DNA from: a virus
Lineage: Duplodnaviria > Caudoviricetes
Length of the DNA stretch: 64,000 bases
IMG/VR virus record: IMGVR_UViG_3300021426_000009
Span: 1-64,000 of that record
Reading direction: 5' to 3' (one strand)
The translations under genes were made by a program, and so were the position numbers. Positions 18,108 through 28,398 of this stretch are shown here, one piece after another (positions within the stretch are counted from its first letter, which is position 1; the number at the start of each line of letters is the position of its first letter). The notes under the pieces are model-generated. The model was not told the origin of the DNA. It searched no databases and saw only the letters and a program-made list of their open reading frames with translations.

Positions 18108-18374
18108 ATGAAGAAGTTAAGCAGAAAAGAGATTGAAGAGAAGGTCAACGAGATTCTTGTTGACAAGTTATGTGTCACGGAAGAGGAGGTCAAGCCGGAG
18201 GCAAGCCTCGAGGACGACCTTGGAGCGGACAGCCTCGATGCCGTGGAAATCATCATGGAGATAGAGAGGGAGGTGGGCATCACCATTCCTGACGAAGAGG
18301 TGTCCGCCATGAAGTCATGTAATGTCAGCGACGTCTATGACATCGTTGAGAAGATTCAGAACCAGCAACGTTAG
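18108..18374 (+). CDS. acyl carrier protein
   Basis: LEDDLGADSLDAVEIIMEIE phosphopantetheine site; acidic, 88 aa. Confidence 0.9.
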   Translation: MKKLSRKEIEEKVNEILVDKLCVTEEEVKPEASLEDDLGADSLDAVEIIMEIEREVGITIPDEEVSAMKSCNVSDVYDIVEKIQNQQR

Positions 18375-18378
18375 GACT

Positions 18379-18792
18379 ATGGAACAGGAAGTAAGATTGT
18401 ATCTCTCGACCTACGACGCCCTGCAGAGGCAGTTGGAGACCAAGAAGGAGCGCATCGACGCACTGGAGAAGGAGAATGCACGTCTGAAGCAGGAGCATGA
18501 GGACGAGATCAGACAGTTAACGGAAGAGGGCAAGGTACGCTGCATCGGTATCAAGAGACACCCATTCATTCCGTTCTTAGTCTCTGAGGAGAAGGAGTAT
18601 AAGGGTTTCGATGACGTGAAGGCCGAAGTTGAGGAGCATTTCAAGGGAGAAATCCTCGACGATGAGGTGGCCAGGCGCTACGAGAAACTTCTCAAACAGG
18701 CCAAGGAACGTGAAGACCTCATCGACAGGCTCAAGGCCGACAACAAGAGACTAAGGACACGTTCCCTGTGGGAGCGCATCAGAAACAAGTAG
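18379..18792 (+). CDS. coiled-coil hypothetical protein
   Basis: Heptad-rich ORF. Confidence 0.7.
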   Translation: MEQEVRLYLSTYDALQRQLETKKERIDALEKENARLKQEHEDEIRQLTEEGKVRCIGIKRHPFIPFLVSEEKEYKGFDDVKAEVEEHFKGEILDDEVARRYEKLLKQAKEREDLIDRLKADNKRLRTRSLWERIRNK

Positions 18793-18815
18793 AACCATTT
18801 TAAAGTTAGAAGATT

Positions 18816-19535
18816 ATGTATAGTGATTTGAAGGGTTACGTTCCCGAAAACGTAGAGTTTGTACTACCAGAGTACGTGAAGGAGATTTTCCCTGCCCAGC
18901 TGGATTTCTCAGCCATCGAGGGGCAGGACATCAAGAATGCCAACGATGCCATCAAGTTCATCGGCAAGGAGTTCGTGGCCACCTTCCCTGCAGGGGAGAC
19001 TGTCATGAGAAAGCTGGATGACTTCGAGATCAGCAATATCCGAGAGGAATACTGCGTGATGCAGGAGAACGAGGTGCCCAAGCGCAAGATGAACCTCGAG
19101 GAGACTTTGGAGGAAATCAAGGTCATGAAGAAGAAGGCCGAGCAGGCATACGACTCCATCCTCGAAGAGGTTGCCAAGTACGCAGCGGAGGTCAAGAGAG
19201 GGACAAGGGAGGTAGCCCTATCGTCGAAGGAGACGTTCTGCATCGCACTGGCTGGCTACTATGCCATCTACACCTACGACAGGAACAAGAAGGTGTTCGT
19301 GCTGGCCAAGGCCTTCGAGGTGCACGACCATTCTGAGTTGTGGGCCAACGAGGAGAAGAACCGTGAGGCCATGCTGAAGCACTTCGGACTGGAGTTCCCA
19401 GAGGCACCGAAGCCCGAGGAGAACGAAGGCGATGACGATGACAAGGACAACAAGGGTGATGAAATTCCGTTCGCTGGAGAGGGTGACATCAACGACGATG
19501 AACCCGACGAGCAGGGAGACGAATCCGAGGAGTAA
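18816..19535 (+). CDS. hypothetical protein with acidic C-terminal tail
   Basis: D/E-rich tail. Confidence 0.75.
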   Translation: MYSDLKGYVPENVEFVLPEYVKEIFPAQLDFSAIEGQDIKNANDAIKFIGKEFVATFPAGETVMRKLDDFEISNIREEYCVMQENEVPKRKMNLEETLEEIKVMKKKAEQAYDSILEEVAKYAAEVKRGTREVALSSKETFCIALAGYYAIYTYDRNKKVFVLAKAFEVHDHSELWANEEKNREAMLKHFGLEFPEAPKPEENEGDDDDKDNKGDEIPFAGEGDINDDEPDEQGDESEE

Positions 19536-19578
19536 CACGGAGGGAGTAAAATCCCTCCTTTATTCACTTTAGGAGAGT

Positions 19579-20754
19579 ATGCAATATCAGTTAAGAAACT
19601 ATCAGAAGGCGGCAAGCGATGCGGCAGTCGGTGCATTCACCTCGAAGAGGGAGAGCAACGGTCTGCTCATCCTGCCCACTGGTGCTGGAAAGAGCCTGGT
19701 CATTGCAGACATAGCGCACAGGCTGGATGGGCCTCTGCTCATCCTTCAGCCGTCGAAGGAGATACTGGAACAGAACTTTGCCAAGCTGCAGAGCTACGGC
19801 TGCTGGGACGCAGGCATCTACTCGGCCTCCGTCGGCAGGAAGGACATCAACAGGATTACGTTCGCCACGATAGGCAGCGTGATGAACCACATGGAGTACT
19901 TCGAGCATTTCAGGAACGTGATGATAGACGAGTGTCATGGGGTGAACAGCAAAGAGGGCATGTACGAGGAGTTCCTTCATGCCGTACCGAGGAAGGTTGT
20001 CGGACTGACGGCCACCCCCTATCGTCTCGGACGTGGCTCGGAAGGCATGTCCATGCTGAAATTCCTCACTCGTACACGACCGAGGATTTTCGACAGGGTG
20101 CTGTACTATTGCCAGATCGGTGAGCTGCTGGCCAAGGGCTACCTTGCAGACCTGCACTACTACGACCTGACGACCATCAGACTTGACAGGGTCAGGAGCA
20201 ACTCTACTGGAGCGGACTATGACGAGAAGAGCTTGAAGCAAGAGTATGAGAGGAGCGGCTTCTACGACAAGCTGACAACGACCGTGCTCAGGGTCATGAA
20301 GCCGAAAAGCGGCATCCCGAGGAACGGCATACTGGTGTTCACTCGGTTCATCGAGGAGGCGGACAACCTCGTCGACAAGCTGAGGATAAAAGGCATTCAG
20401 GCTGCCATCGTGACGGGAGAGACACCCAAGCGTGAGAGGGAGAGCATACTGGAGAGGTTCAAGGCCGGAGAGATAAGGGTCGTGGCCAATGTTGGAACAC
20501 TCACAACAGGCTTCGACTACCCAGAGCTCGACACCATCATACTGGCACGTCCTACGAAGAGCCTTGCGCTGTACTACCAGATGGTGGGCAGGGCCATCCG
20601 TCCGCACAAGGGAAAGGAAGGCTGGGTCATAGACCTCGGCGGTACGTTCAGGCGCTTCGGCAACGTGGCAGACCTTAGGATAGAATGCCCTCCAGGCACG
20701 AGCAAGTGGGCCGTGTACTCGAGGGGAAGACAGTTGACAAACGTGAATTTCTGA
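19579..20754 (+). CDS. SF2 (RadD/YejH-like) helicase
   Basis: LPTGAGKS, IDECH, GLTATP, TTGFD and QMVGRAIR motifs. Confidence 0.9.
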   Translation: MQYQLRNYQKAASDAAVGAFTSKRESNGLLILPTGAGKSLVIADIAHRLDGPLLILQPSKEILEQNFAKLQSYGCWDAGIYSASVGRKDINRITFATIGSVMNHMEYFEHFRNVMIDECHGVNSKEGMYEEFLHAVPRKVVGLTATPYRLGRGSEGMSMLKFLTRTRPRIFDRVLYYCQIGELLAKGYLADLHYYDLTTIRLDRVRSNSTGADYDEKSLKQEYERSGFYDKLTTTVLRVMKPKSGIPRNGILVFTRFIEEADNLVDKLRIKGIQAAIVTGETPKRERESILERFKAGEIRVVANVGTLTTGFDYPELDTIILARPTKSLALYYQMVGRAIRPHKGKEGWVIDLGGTFRRFGNVADLRIECPPGTSKWAVYSRGRQLTNVNF

Positions 20755-20758
20755 AGAT

Positions 20759-21094
20759 ATGGATAAGAAGATATATTTGTCAGGCCCCATAAGCGGCCAT
20801 GACTATGCAAAGACGAAGGCTTTCTTCTACAAGGTGCAGAAGATGCTGGAGGAGAAGGGATATGAGGTGTACAATCCGATGGCCAACGGACTGCCGGAGG
20901 ATGCGCCCACCCATGACCACATGCGCATGGATTTCAAGATGCTGTGCGAGTGCGACGAGATACTGATGTTCCCAAGATGGAGCCACAGCGCAGGATGCGC
21001 GAGAGAGTTTGAAAATGCGGTGTCCATCGGCTGCAGGGTGAAGTTCCTTGTCAGCGCAGATCCGTTCACCGTGGTAGACACCCAGTTCGATTAG
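20759..21094 (+). CDS. DUF4406-like protein
   Basis: IYLSGPISG..YNP..CD.I....W..S.G...E pattern. Confidence 0.75.
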   Translation: MDKKIYLSGPISGHDYAKTKAFFYKVQKMLEEKGYEVYNPMANGLPEDAPTHDHMRMDFKMLCECDEILMFPRWSHSAGCAREFENAVSIGCRVKFLVSADPFTVVDTQFD

Positions 21095-21097
21095 CCT

Positions 21098-21592
21098 ATG
21101 TTCCAGTGGTACGGAAGAAAGAAGAAGGCCAAGAAGGACGATGAGCCGTCCCTCTTTCCCAAGACGAAGAAGACTACGGGACGCAGGGCTGCAGACCCAG
21201 TCAAGAAGCTCGACAAGGTGTTCAGCGCATACATACGTCTGCGTGACACCATGCCCAACGGATGCTTCCGCTGCATCAGCTGCGGACACATCTTCAGGTT
21301 CGAGGAGGGTGACTGCGGGCACTTCCATTCGAGGGTTCACATGGCGACGAGGTGGGAGCCGGACAATGCGCACATGGAATGCCGTGGATGCAACAGGGTG
21401 AAGGCTGACCATCTGATAAAGTACAGGCGCAACCTCATCGAGAAGATAGGACTCGACAGGGTGGCCAGGCTCGAGACGATGGCTGACTCCACGAAGCACT
21501 GGATGGACTTCGAGCTGCAGGAGAAGATCGACTACTTCACCAGAGAGGTGAAAAGGCTCAGTCAGGAGAAAGGTATAAACGTGAAAATCTGA
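21098..21592 (+). CDS. NinG/Rap-like endonuclease
   Basis: CISCG, DCGHFHSR and ECRGCN motifs. Confidence 0.85.
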   Translation: MFQWYGRKKKAKKDDEPSLFPKTKKTTGRRAADPVKKLDKVFSAYIRLRDTMPNGCFRCISCGHIFRFEEGDCGHFHSRVHMATRWEPDNAHMECRGCNRVKADHLIKYRRNLIEKIGLDRVARLETMADSTKHWMDFELQEKIDYFTREVKRLSQEKGINVKI

Positions 21593-21629
21593 AAAAATGT
21601 TAGCAACAATGCGATTTCTCGGAAAAATG

Positions 21630-21661
21630 TGCTTGATTTTCAATCATTTTTTGTACCTTTG
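21630..21661 (+). promoter_or_regulatory. 17-bp palindrome (TGCTTGA-N3-TCAA..) plus -7 box upstream of replication genes
   Basis: TGCTTGATTTTCAATCA followed by TACCTTTG. Confidence 0.6.
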
Positions 21662-21798
21662 CAAAAGAAATCAAACATTCTGCTTAGTGACATTCGCAGA
21701 AGTAAGTGGAAAGATATTTAGGGTTCTAAGCAGTCTGGCTTCTAATGTCACCTTCGAAAGAAGAGAGGTCAGCTGTTTGGGACCTTTTACATACTGAT

Positions 21799-22686
21799 AT
21801 GGCGACAGGAGACATAAAGTTGAACCGCTTGATAACGGAAGACCCTCTATACAGGAAGGAGCCGTTCACGAAATGGCAGGCATGGCTTGACCTCATCCTG
21901 TCGGCCTGCTATGAGCCCGGAGACATGTTCGTCAGGGGCATCAAGGTCAAGATGAAGAGGGGGAGCGTGTACAAGAGTGCCATGGAACTGGCGGAACGCT
22001 GGAAATGGAGCCGTGGCAAGGTCGAGCGCTTCATAGCCTACCTCGCAGAGGAGAAGAGGATCGTCCTGCAGAAGAGCAAGGTCATCAGCAGTATGGCCAT
22101 CGTAGGATATGACGCATATGCGATTGATGATGACGGCTCTCAGGATGCGGTGCTTCAGAAGCTCATGGCGCAGATGTCGGAACTCAAGGAGAGGGTGGAT
22201 GCGAGCGAACAGCCCATCCTCACTCCCGAGGAGCCGAAGGCTGAGACGAAGAAGACCCCGAGGAAGAAGAACGTGAATCCCCTCATCACGAAGGGCAGGG
22301 AGGTCTTCGAGTCGAAGTACTCAGACTTGTTCGACGGAGCGGCATACTACTGGCAGGCCAAGGATGCGGCAGCCATGGACTCCCTGACTAAGAAGATAAT
22401 ATACGCACGCAAGCAGAAGAACATGCCCACAGAGGATGACGATGTCATCAAGGCCCTCGTGGTACTTCTTGACTCGATAGTCGACCCGTGGGTGACGAAG
22501 AACTTCAGCGTGACGAACATAAACAGCAAGTATAACGAGATCGTTGCTCAGGCAAGGGCTGCGGTCACAAGTGGAAAAGGCAATGGAACTAATCAATCTA
22601 CAAAGGAGGCTCGAGCCAACGATGCAGCCAGCATTATCGCCCGACTTGCAGCGCAAGAAGGAAACGATGATAGCCCGGTACGGTGA
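21799..22686 (+). CDS. replication initiator / replisome organiser
   Basis: N-terminal wHTH (KWQAWLDLIL..LAERWKWSRGKVERF); C-terminal DnaD-like region. Confidence 0.75.
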   Translation: MATGDIKLNRLITEDPLYRKEPFTKWQAWLDLILSACYEPGDMFVRGIKVKMKRGSVYKSAMELAERWKWSRGKVERFIAYLAEEKRIVLQKSKVISSMAIVGYDAYAIDDDGSQDAVLQKLMAQMSELKERVDASEQPILTPEEPKAETKKTPRKKNVNPLITKGREVFESKYSDLFDGAAYYWQAKDAAAMDSLTKKIIYARKQKNMPTEDDDVIKALVVLLDSIVDPWVTKNFSVTNINSKYNEIVAQARAAVTSGKGNGTNQSTKEARANDAASIIARLAAQEGNDDSPVR

Positions 22687-23413
22687 CAGGCAGACGTTCC
22701 TGTCGAAGTTCAACCCTGACCTGCAGATGAGGATCTGCAAGGACAAGCAGCTTTGCTTCTTCGGTGATGCGCCAGTGCTCTCGGAACTGAATATGACCTA
22801 CGGGGAAATGACGGCAACGATGTGGCTGATACCACAGCTGTACGACCTCTCGGAATACTGTGGATGCAAAGAGAAGCTGCAGGGACGTCCCCTCGAGCAG
22901 TGTGCCAGCGTGATAGCGGCAGAGTTCTTCTACCTGAAGGTGTCGGAGCTGATGCTGTTCTTCCATAGGTTCAAGTCGGGAAGGTACGGCAGGTTCTACG
23001 GCTCGGTTGACCCGATGGTCATCACGACGTCACTGAGGACATTCCTCACGGAGCGTGTCACGGAAATCGAGGAGAGGGACAAGAGGGAGAAGGAGATTGC
23101 CGACAGGGAGGCACGTAAGGGAGCGATAACCTATGAGGAGTATGTGGCAAGGAACGGCAGGATGGAGAACGTCACCGCAGACCCTCTCAGGAACCCGATA
23201 GCAGCCGTTGCACGTCCGCAAAGGACGGAGAGGAAGGCGATGACAGAGGATGAGCTCTTGAAGATGGCTCATGACATCGTGGACAACATCTACAATGCCG
23301 ACGAGAGTACGATGGACAGCTTCAGGAAGGCATTCAGGAGATATGCCAATGCCGACCCCGAGGACTATCTGAAGACTCACTCAGGAAACCCTCAAAGGGA
23401 TTCAAGACCGTGA
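22583..23413 (+). CDS. replication-associated protein (DUF6633-like)
   Basis: Follows the initiator; LKVSELMLFFHRFKSGRYGRFYG motif. Confidence 0.65.
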   Translation: MELINLQRRLEPTMQPALSPDLQRKKETMIARYGDRQTFLSKFNPDLQMRICKDKQLCFFGDAPVLSELNMTYGEMTATMWLIPQLYDLSEYCGCKEKLQGRPLEQCASVIAAEFFYLKVSELMLFFHRFKSGRYGRFYGSVDPMVITTSLRTFLTERVTEIEERDKREKEIADREARKGAITYEEYVARNGRMENVTADPLRNPIAAVARPQRTERKAMTEDELLKMAHDIVDNIYNADESTMDSFRKAFRRYANADPEDYLKTHSGNPQRDSRP

Positions 23414-23512
23414 TTAAGACCGAAAACGTTTGACTAAGAGCTGAAAGATGAATAACTTTAAACAATATACAGGAAACAAGATTCTAACGGAAACTGAAAG
23501 AGCAATGAAGAT

Positions 23513-24988
23513 ATGACTTACAACGAGATAACATTATGGAGACACTTCATGCAGGGAAAGGGAGTCCTGAGTAACTTCGAGTACCTGTACAAAGCCCACA
23601 GGTTCGACAAGAGGGACCTCGACAAGTACTTGGAGGACACTCTCGCAGAGGACGTCATCCTGTCGGCATTCGACTTCACGGGAGCAGGCAACACCATCTT
23701 CGGATTCAAGTACTGGAAGGAAATGGATCAGAAGTGGCAGCTGAAGCTCCGTGAGTTCAGGATGTCTGGCAACATGATAGGAGAAATGAAGGTCGTCTGT
23801 CCGCACTGCAACCGCTCTCTCCCGAAATCGAACTTCGCCTACAACCCGAAGGGACAGCTCCACAAGCATTGCAGGGAGTGCGAGTCGGGCGAATGGGACA
23901 GGAAGAAGAAGGAGGCCGAGAAGAAGGCCCTGGAGCAGGAACGTCTTGCCAAGGAGGCACGTCAGCTGGAGAAGGAGATAGCAGAGAAGCAGGCCAAGCT
24001 CGAGAGGATGACTGCCACCATGTCGGACACCCCAGCGGAGCCGGTCCTGAACGGAAGGGAGGAGACGGCACGTCAGCAGATAGCCGAGAGCCAGGCCAAC
24101 CTCGGGAAGACCACGAAGGTATGCAGCCATTGCGGAAAGCGCAAGCTGAAGTCGGAGTTCGACAAGTCGGACACGACGGAGGACGGCCTCCAGTCGTGGT
24201 GCAGGACATGCCAGAGTGCTGCATCCAATGTCAGCAATGAGACGGACTGGCAGTATGAACGTGAGGAGAAGAAGAAGGCCATCATCGCACAGGCGAAGCC
24301 GGTGAGCATAGAGAAGCTGACCGCACCGAGGCTTGGCGAGTATGACGCAACCCTCCACTACAAGTCCAATCAGAAGAGCATCACGTTCAATGCAGTCCTT
24401 TCGGAACAGCTGCAGAAGGGGCAGTTCACGAAATGCTACCTGAACAGCGACAGGTCGCACCGCCAGTTCCTCATCTTCAATCGTGTGGACGGTGCCAATG
24501 TCGTGGGTGTCAGCAGCCGTGCATCCATGCTGCTGGGCATCAACTCGGCAGACATAGTCCGCAGCCTCGGAGCAAGGTTCAACCTGAATATTGGAGAGAA
24601 CTACTACCTGCACATCACTCGCAACCTGTCGAGGACAAGCGACATAGTGACTGTCGAGATACTGGCCGCCCGCACAAGGGAGGAATATGTGAAGATCGCC
24701 CAGCGACGTGAGGAGAAGTCGGGCAGTGAGGAGTCGGAGGTCCAGGAACCTGAGGTGACGGAGGAGAAGCCCGTGGTGGAGACACCGAAGGAGGAAGAGA
24801 GTCAGGCATCCTCCCAGCCCCTGCTGGACTTCGACACCGAGCCGTCTCAGGGTATAAATGCAGAGAAGATACTGGAAAATCTGACAGACCGCAATCTCCT
24901 GTCGGAGCGGGACCTCGCAAAGTTCCTTCACAAGAGAGGATGGAAGCTGCAGGAGCCGGTAAGGTCATATAAGAAGTTCACGCTATGA
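23513..24988 (+). CDS. hypothetical protein with two CxxC..CxxC zinc ribbons
   Basis: CPHC..CREC and CSHC..CRTC. Confidence 0.75.
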   Translation: MTYNEITLWRHFMQGKGVLSNFEYLYKAHRFDKRDLDKYLEDTLAEDVILSAFDFTGAGNTIFGFKYWKEMDQKWQLKLREFRMSGNMIGEMKVVCPHCNRSLPKSNFAYNPKGQLHKHCRECESGEWDRKKKEAEKKALEQERLAKEARQLEKEIAEKQAKLERMTATMSDTPAEPVLNGREETARQQIAESQANLGKTTKVCSHCGKRKLKSEFDKSDTTEDGLQSWCRTCQSAASNVSNETDWQYEREEKKKAIIAQAKPVSIEKLTAPRLGEYDATLHYKSNQKSITFNAVLSEQLQKGQFTKCYLNSDRSHRQFLIFNRVDGANVVGVSSRASMLLGINSADIVRSLGARFNLNIGENYYLHITRNLSRTSDIVTVEILAARTREEYVKIAQRREEKSGSEESEVQEPEVTEEKPVVETPKEEESQASSQPLLDFDTEPSQGINAEKILENLTDRNLLSERDLAKFLHKRGWKLQEPVRSYKKFTL

Positions 24989-25182
24989 GGAAGTCGGAAC
25001 AGATACTGGAGGGCATATTCGAGAGGTTCTTGGAGAGGGCACTCGAATACGGACACAGCAGGGAATCGGCAGAGCTGGTCATACAGGAGACGAAGAATAC
25101 GATACATAGTCAGGACAGCCGCTATGCCAACGTGATAAGTGTTTTGAAACAAAAGTCTAACGAAATATTCAAAAGCGCATGA
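24985..25182 (+). CDS. hypothetical protein
   Basis: ATGA-coupled. Confidence 0.6.
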   Translation: MRKSEQILEGIFERFLERALEYGHSRESAELVIQETKNTIHSQDSRYANVISVLKQKSNEIFKSA

Positions 25183-26333
25183 AGAAGAAAGAGATTGAGA
25201 GGTGCACTCACATCAACCTACGCACCAACCCGAAGGACATTCTCGAGACGATGCTGTTGGAGCTTCCGACGGTGAAGTATTTCTTTCAGAAGGACTTCGG
25301 AGGAAAGAACAAGTTCCTGAAGAAGGAGGACCAGATGCTTGACAAGGCACTGGAGGAGGAGAAGTCGCAGATAACGGACATCAGCGAGTACATATCGCCC
25401 AAGGGAAACCGATGGATGTCCTATAACTTCGTGGAGTTCTTCCCGAGAGCCAAGTATGCACAGGCATGGCCTACGTCGTTCATCTACTATGAGACCTACG
25501 GCTCATGCGGAGCCTTCTTCCCCCTGTACCGCAAGTCGAGGAAGAAGAAGAGCAACGGCAGGATAAGCGAGATTTACGGAGTGCTCGTGTTCACCTCCCA
25601 TTTCTTCCAACGCATGTCTGAGCGTACTGGCAAGGCCTACAGGTCGAGGGAGCTGATTCAGGAGTTCATCACCACCAAGGAGACGCATGCCGGACAGGCC
25701 GACGAGGATGGAGAGGTCATCATGAAGTTCAAGGGCGGTTACGGATTCGGTGTCAAGAGAAGTGACGAGCCGTATGTCCTGGAGGTGAGGACGTACCTCA
25801 CGGACGAGCAACTGTCCCCATCACAGAAGCGCAAGTGCGAGAGAATCGATGCCTTTGCGGAGCTGATAGAGGACGGCACATTCATCAAGGAGGTGTCGAA
25901 CCATACTGCATACCACTCTACGAACACCCCAGAGCAGGACATGGATAAGGCAATGCACAACCTCGAGCTGGCCAAGAAGATCGGTGCAGACCGCTTCATC
26001 ATGCTCGCAGGCATGGTGCATGTGGCCTTCCTGAAGATGATGACAGACATTCTCGGGATGAGCCTCGGTGACATCAGCGCGGCACAGAACGTGTTCATTG
26101 GCAACGAGACCCAGGAGTGCTTTTCGGACTTCGTGAACAAGTACGAGAAATTCGACGGACGGACGGCCACCAAGGAGGAGAACGACAAGTTCATGAAGGA
26201 CCTCGTCGACTCCATGGAAGCTGCCGGAAAGAAGCTGAAGATTAGGAGCATGACACGGGATGCCATAGAGAAGCGCATCAGGGAGGTCGTGGAAAACAGT
26301 AAAGAGACCTGTAGGAAATTCGAAAATGGATGA
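25179..26333 (+). CDS. hypothetical protein
   Basis: 384-aa ORF, coupled. Confidence 0.75.
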   Translation: MKKKEIERCTHINLRTNPKDILETMLLELPTVKYFFQKDFGGKNKFLKKEDQMLDKALEEEKSQITDISEYISPKGNRWMSYNFVEFFPRAKYAQAWPTSFIYYETYGSCGAFFPLYRKSRKKKSNGRISEIYGVLVFTSHFFQRMSERTGKAYRSRELIQEFITTKETHAGQADEDGEVIMKFKGGYGFGVKRSDEPYVLEVRTYLTDEQLSPSQKRKCERIDAFAELIEDGTFIKEVSNHTAYHSTNTPEQDMDKAMHNLELAKKIGADRFIMLAGMVHVAFLKMMTDILGMSLGDISAAQNVFIGNETQECFSDFVNKYEKFDGRTATKEENDKFMKDLVDSMEAAGKKLKIRSMTRDAIEKRIREVVENSKETCRKFENG

Positions 26334-26658
26334 GAAGATGAAGATTCTTGAACTGCCCCTGAAGTCAACATGGTATCTGATGATAGAACTGGGTATCAAG
26401 ATTGAGGAGTACCGTGAGATAAAGCAGTACTGGTGTAAGCGGCTCCTCGGACTTGACACGACTCTCTTCTCATACAGGAACGGCTATCAGTCGTGCAACG
26501 TGAAGGGCTATACGCACGTCCGTTTCCGCTACGGATATACGAAGAGGACAATGCTCTTCAGGATAGAGGACATCGTCATCGGCAGGGGCAATCCAGAGTG
26601 GGGAGCACCTGCGGAGAATGTATTCATCATCAAGATTGGAGAAAGGACTGGAGTATGA
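26326..26658 (+). CDS. ASCH/PUA-like domain protein
   Basis: W...I..G.K.EEYRE..YW..RL..F..GY pattern. Confidence 0.7.
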   Translation: MDEKMKILELPLKSTWYLMIELGIKIEEYREIKQYWCKRLLGLDTTLFSYRNGYQSCNVKGYTHVRFRYGYTKRTMLFRIEDIVIGRGNPEWGAPAENVFIIKIGERTGV

Positions 26659-26813
26659 TAATCGTGGAACATGACAGAGGCTATAACCTCAGCTATATGG
26701 AGAGGGAGGATCTGCTCTCCCTACGAGAACTGATAAGGAACGGAGGACTCACGGAGTCACGAAGGTGGCACGGTGTCCTTGTCGAGATAAACGCAATCTT
26801 AAAGGACAAGTGA
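26655..26813 (+). CDS. small hypothetical protein
   Basis: Coupled ORF. Confidence 0.55.
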   Translation: MIIVEHDRGYNLSYMEREDLLSLRELIRNGGLTESRRWHGVLVEINAILKDK

Positions 26814-26814
26814 T

Positions 26815-27042
26815 ATGGAGAATATGTTTGCCAACGACCCTGCAATGAGACACAGGGACAAGAAAGGCCGCTACGCAACAGCAGAGCGTGCCTATGCCGA
26901 TAAGGCCATTGAGGAGAACAAGATGCTCAGGCATCAGGTCGAGAAATTCAAGCGTGCATGGATGGCTGCCGTCGACAACTCGTCGATGTGGCAGAGGAAG
27001 TACACGGAGCTGCTTACCAAGGTGAGGGAGGTGGCTCTATAA
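26815..27042 (+). CDS. hypothetical protein
   Basis: ORF track. Confidence 0.65.
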   Translation: MENMFANDPAMRHRDKKGRYATAERAYADKAIEENKMLRHQVEKFKRAWMAAVDNSSMWQRKYTELLTKVREVAL

Positions 27043-27152
27043 AACGAAGTTTCGATTATGACAACGTTTTGTTTGATATTCGCAGCCGGAATGGTCGTGG
27101 GCTTTATGCTCGGAATAACTGCCGTAGCACTTTTGGGAATGAATAAGGACAA

Positions 27153-27398
27153 GTGAGCTTTATGGTATTGAGAAACATCATCCAAGACAGGTTCAGACAA
27201 TATGCAAAGATAGCGTTTGAACATGTATTTACGAGGAACGAGATTGAGTACGTGCTGAGTCAGACCATGAGGGATCTGACTGCTTCGCAGAAAAGTCGTC
27301 GTCCCTTCAGGCTGATGGATTCTCTCAGGTCAAGGACAGACCAGGTCATGAAGGCAAGGAAAGATGTTGAGGAACTTTTAAACGAACTGAACCTATGA
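27153..27398 (+). CDS. hypothetical protein
   Basis: ORF track. Confidence 0.55.
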   Translation: MSFMVLRNIIQDRFRQYAKIAFEHVFTRNEIEYVLSQTMRDLTASQKSRRPFRLMDSLRSRTDQVMKARKDVEELLNELNL

Positions 27399-27553
27399 AT
27401 AGAGATTTCTGCTACTGCAAAGGAAGGAACTGCAGGCTCCGTGATCTGTGCAAGCGATACCTCGAAGGGACGAGAATCAACGAGGACGCTGGCAACTACT
27501 GGTGGATAGATAATTGTGACGAGGAGACAAGAGAGTGTTATATCAGGGAATAG
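27395..27553 (+). CDS. 52-aa Cys-rich protein (not in ORF track)
   Basis: MNRDFCYCKGRNCRLRDLCKRY...; coupled start. Confidence 0.55.
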   Translation: MNRDFCYCKGRNCRLRDLCKRYLEGTRINEDAGNYWWIDNCDEETRECYIRE

Positions 27554-27556
27554 GAC

Positions 27557-27844
27557 ATGGCAAAGAAGTACAAGTACAAGCGTGAGCATTTCGACTCCAA
27601 CGAGGAGTATGCCAGTTTCAGGAAGCGTGCTACGGCTGGCTACAGGAAATGGCTCGAAAAGCATGAGAAGGAGCATCCTGAATACAAGGAACGCAGGATT
27701 CTCCGTCAGAGGCTTTACTCGAGGTACTACTGGCATGGGGACGGCAGGCAGACGTTCGCACAATGGCTGGAGGAGAACCTCGGGATAAAGGACATCAAGG
27801 TGGTTCCATTGGAGGATCTGAGGGTCATCGCAAGCAAAAGTTAA
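27557..27844 (+). CDS. basic hypothetical protein
   Basis: ORF track. Confidence 0.65.
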   Translation: MAKKYKYKREHFDSNEEYASFRKRATAGYRKWLEKHEKEHPEYKERRILRQRLYSRYYWHGDGRQTFAQWLEENLGIKDIKVVPLEDLRVIASKS

Positions 27845-27960
27845 ACATTCTGAATATCAGGACGTTAGCCCGAAAATACTTGCGTTTTTCCTTGGTCATT
27901 TGCAAAAAAATGACTACCTTTACACTATAAAAAAAGAAACTCATCTAAAAGTTAAGAGCA
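27838..27960 (+). promoter_or_regulatory. repeated early-type promoter/leader, copy 3
   Basis: Same conserved blocks as copy 1. Confidence 0.75.
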
Positions 27961-28341
27961 ATGGATAAGAAACAAGAAATCGAGATTTTGCAGTCCCTAA
28001 AAGGTGACACCTACTTCGCAGACTTTTTCGGAAGTCATGACATCGACCAGATGTGCGAGAACATCAAGAACGACTTCGGGCTGGAATACTGCTGCACGTT
28101 CTATCAGAAGGCTTCCATCTTCGAGCAGCAGGTCAAGGAAGCCAAGAAAAAAGCCCAGGAGGACAAGCAGAACTTTGTTCGAGGTCTGATTGAGGACTTC
28201 GAGGGTAGCATTCCGATGCAGATTTATGACCGACTGGTTGATGCCGTCGGACAGTTGTTCATCATCAACTTCAAGAGAGAACAGAACTATCCGCTGACGG
28301 AAGCCGAGATCGACTGGCTCGTAAAGGAAGCGAACAAGTAA
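27961..28341 (+). CDS. hypothetical protein
   Basis: AAGAGCAATG leader. Confidence 0.75.
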   Translation: MDKKQEIEILQSLKGDTYFADFFGSHDIDQMCENIKNDFGLEYCCTFYQKASIFEQQVKEAKKKAQEDKQNFVRGLIEDFEGSIPMQIYDRLVDAVGQLFIINFKREQNYPLTEAEIDWLVKEANK

Positions 28342-28398
28342 GAAGTTATAGGTAACGGGAGGGGTAACCGCCCTCCCACTAAGAGCAATATAAGAAAC

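Noticed and set aside
19591-20790. 399-aa minus-strand ORF
   Set aside because: Antisense shadow of the helicase, caused by strong codon bias.
23534-24931. 465-aa minus-strand ORF
   Set aside because: Antisense shadow of the zinc-ribbon gene.
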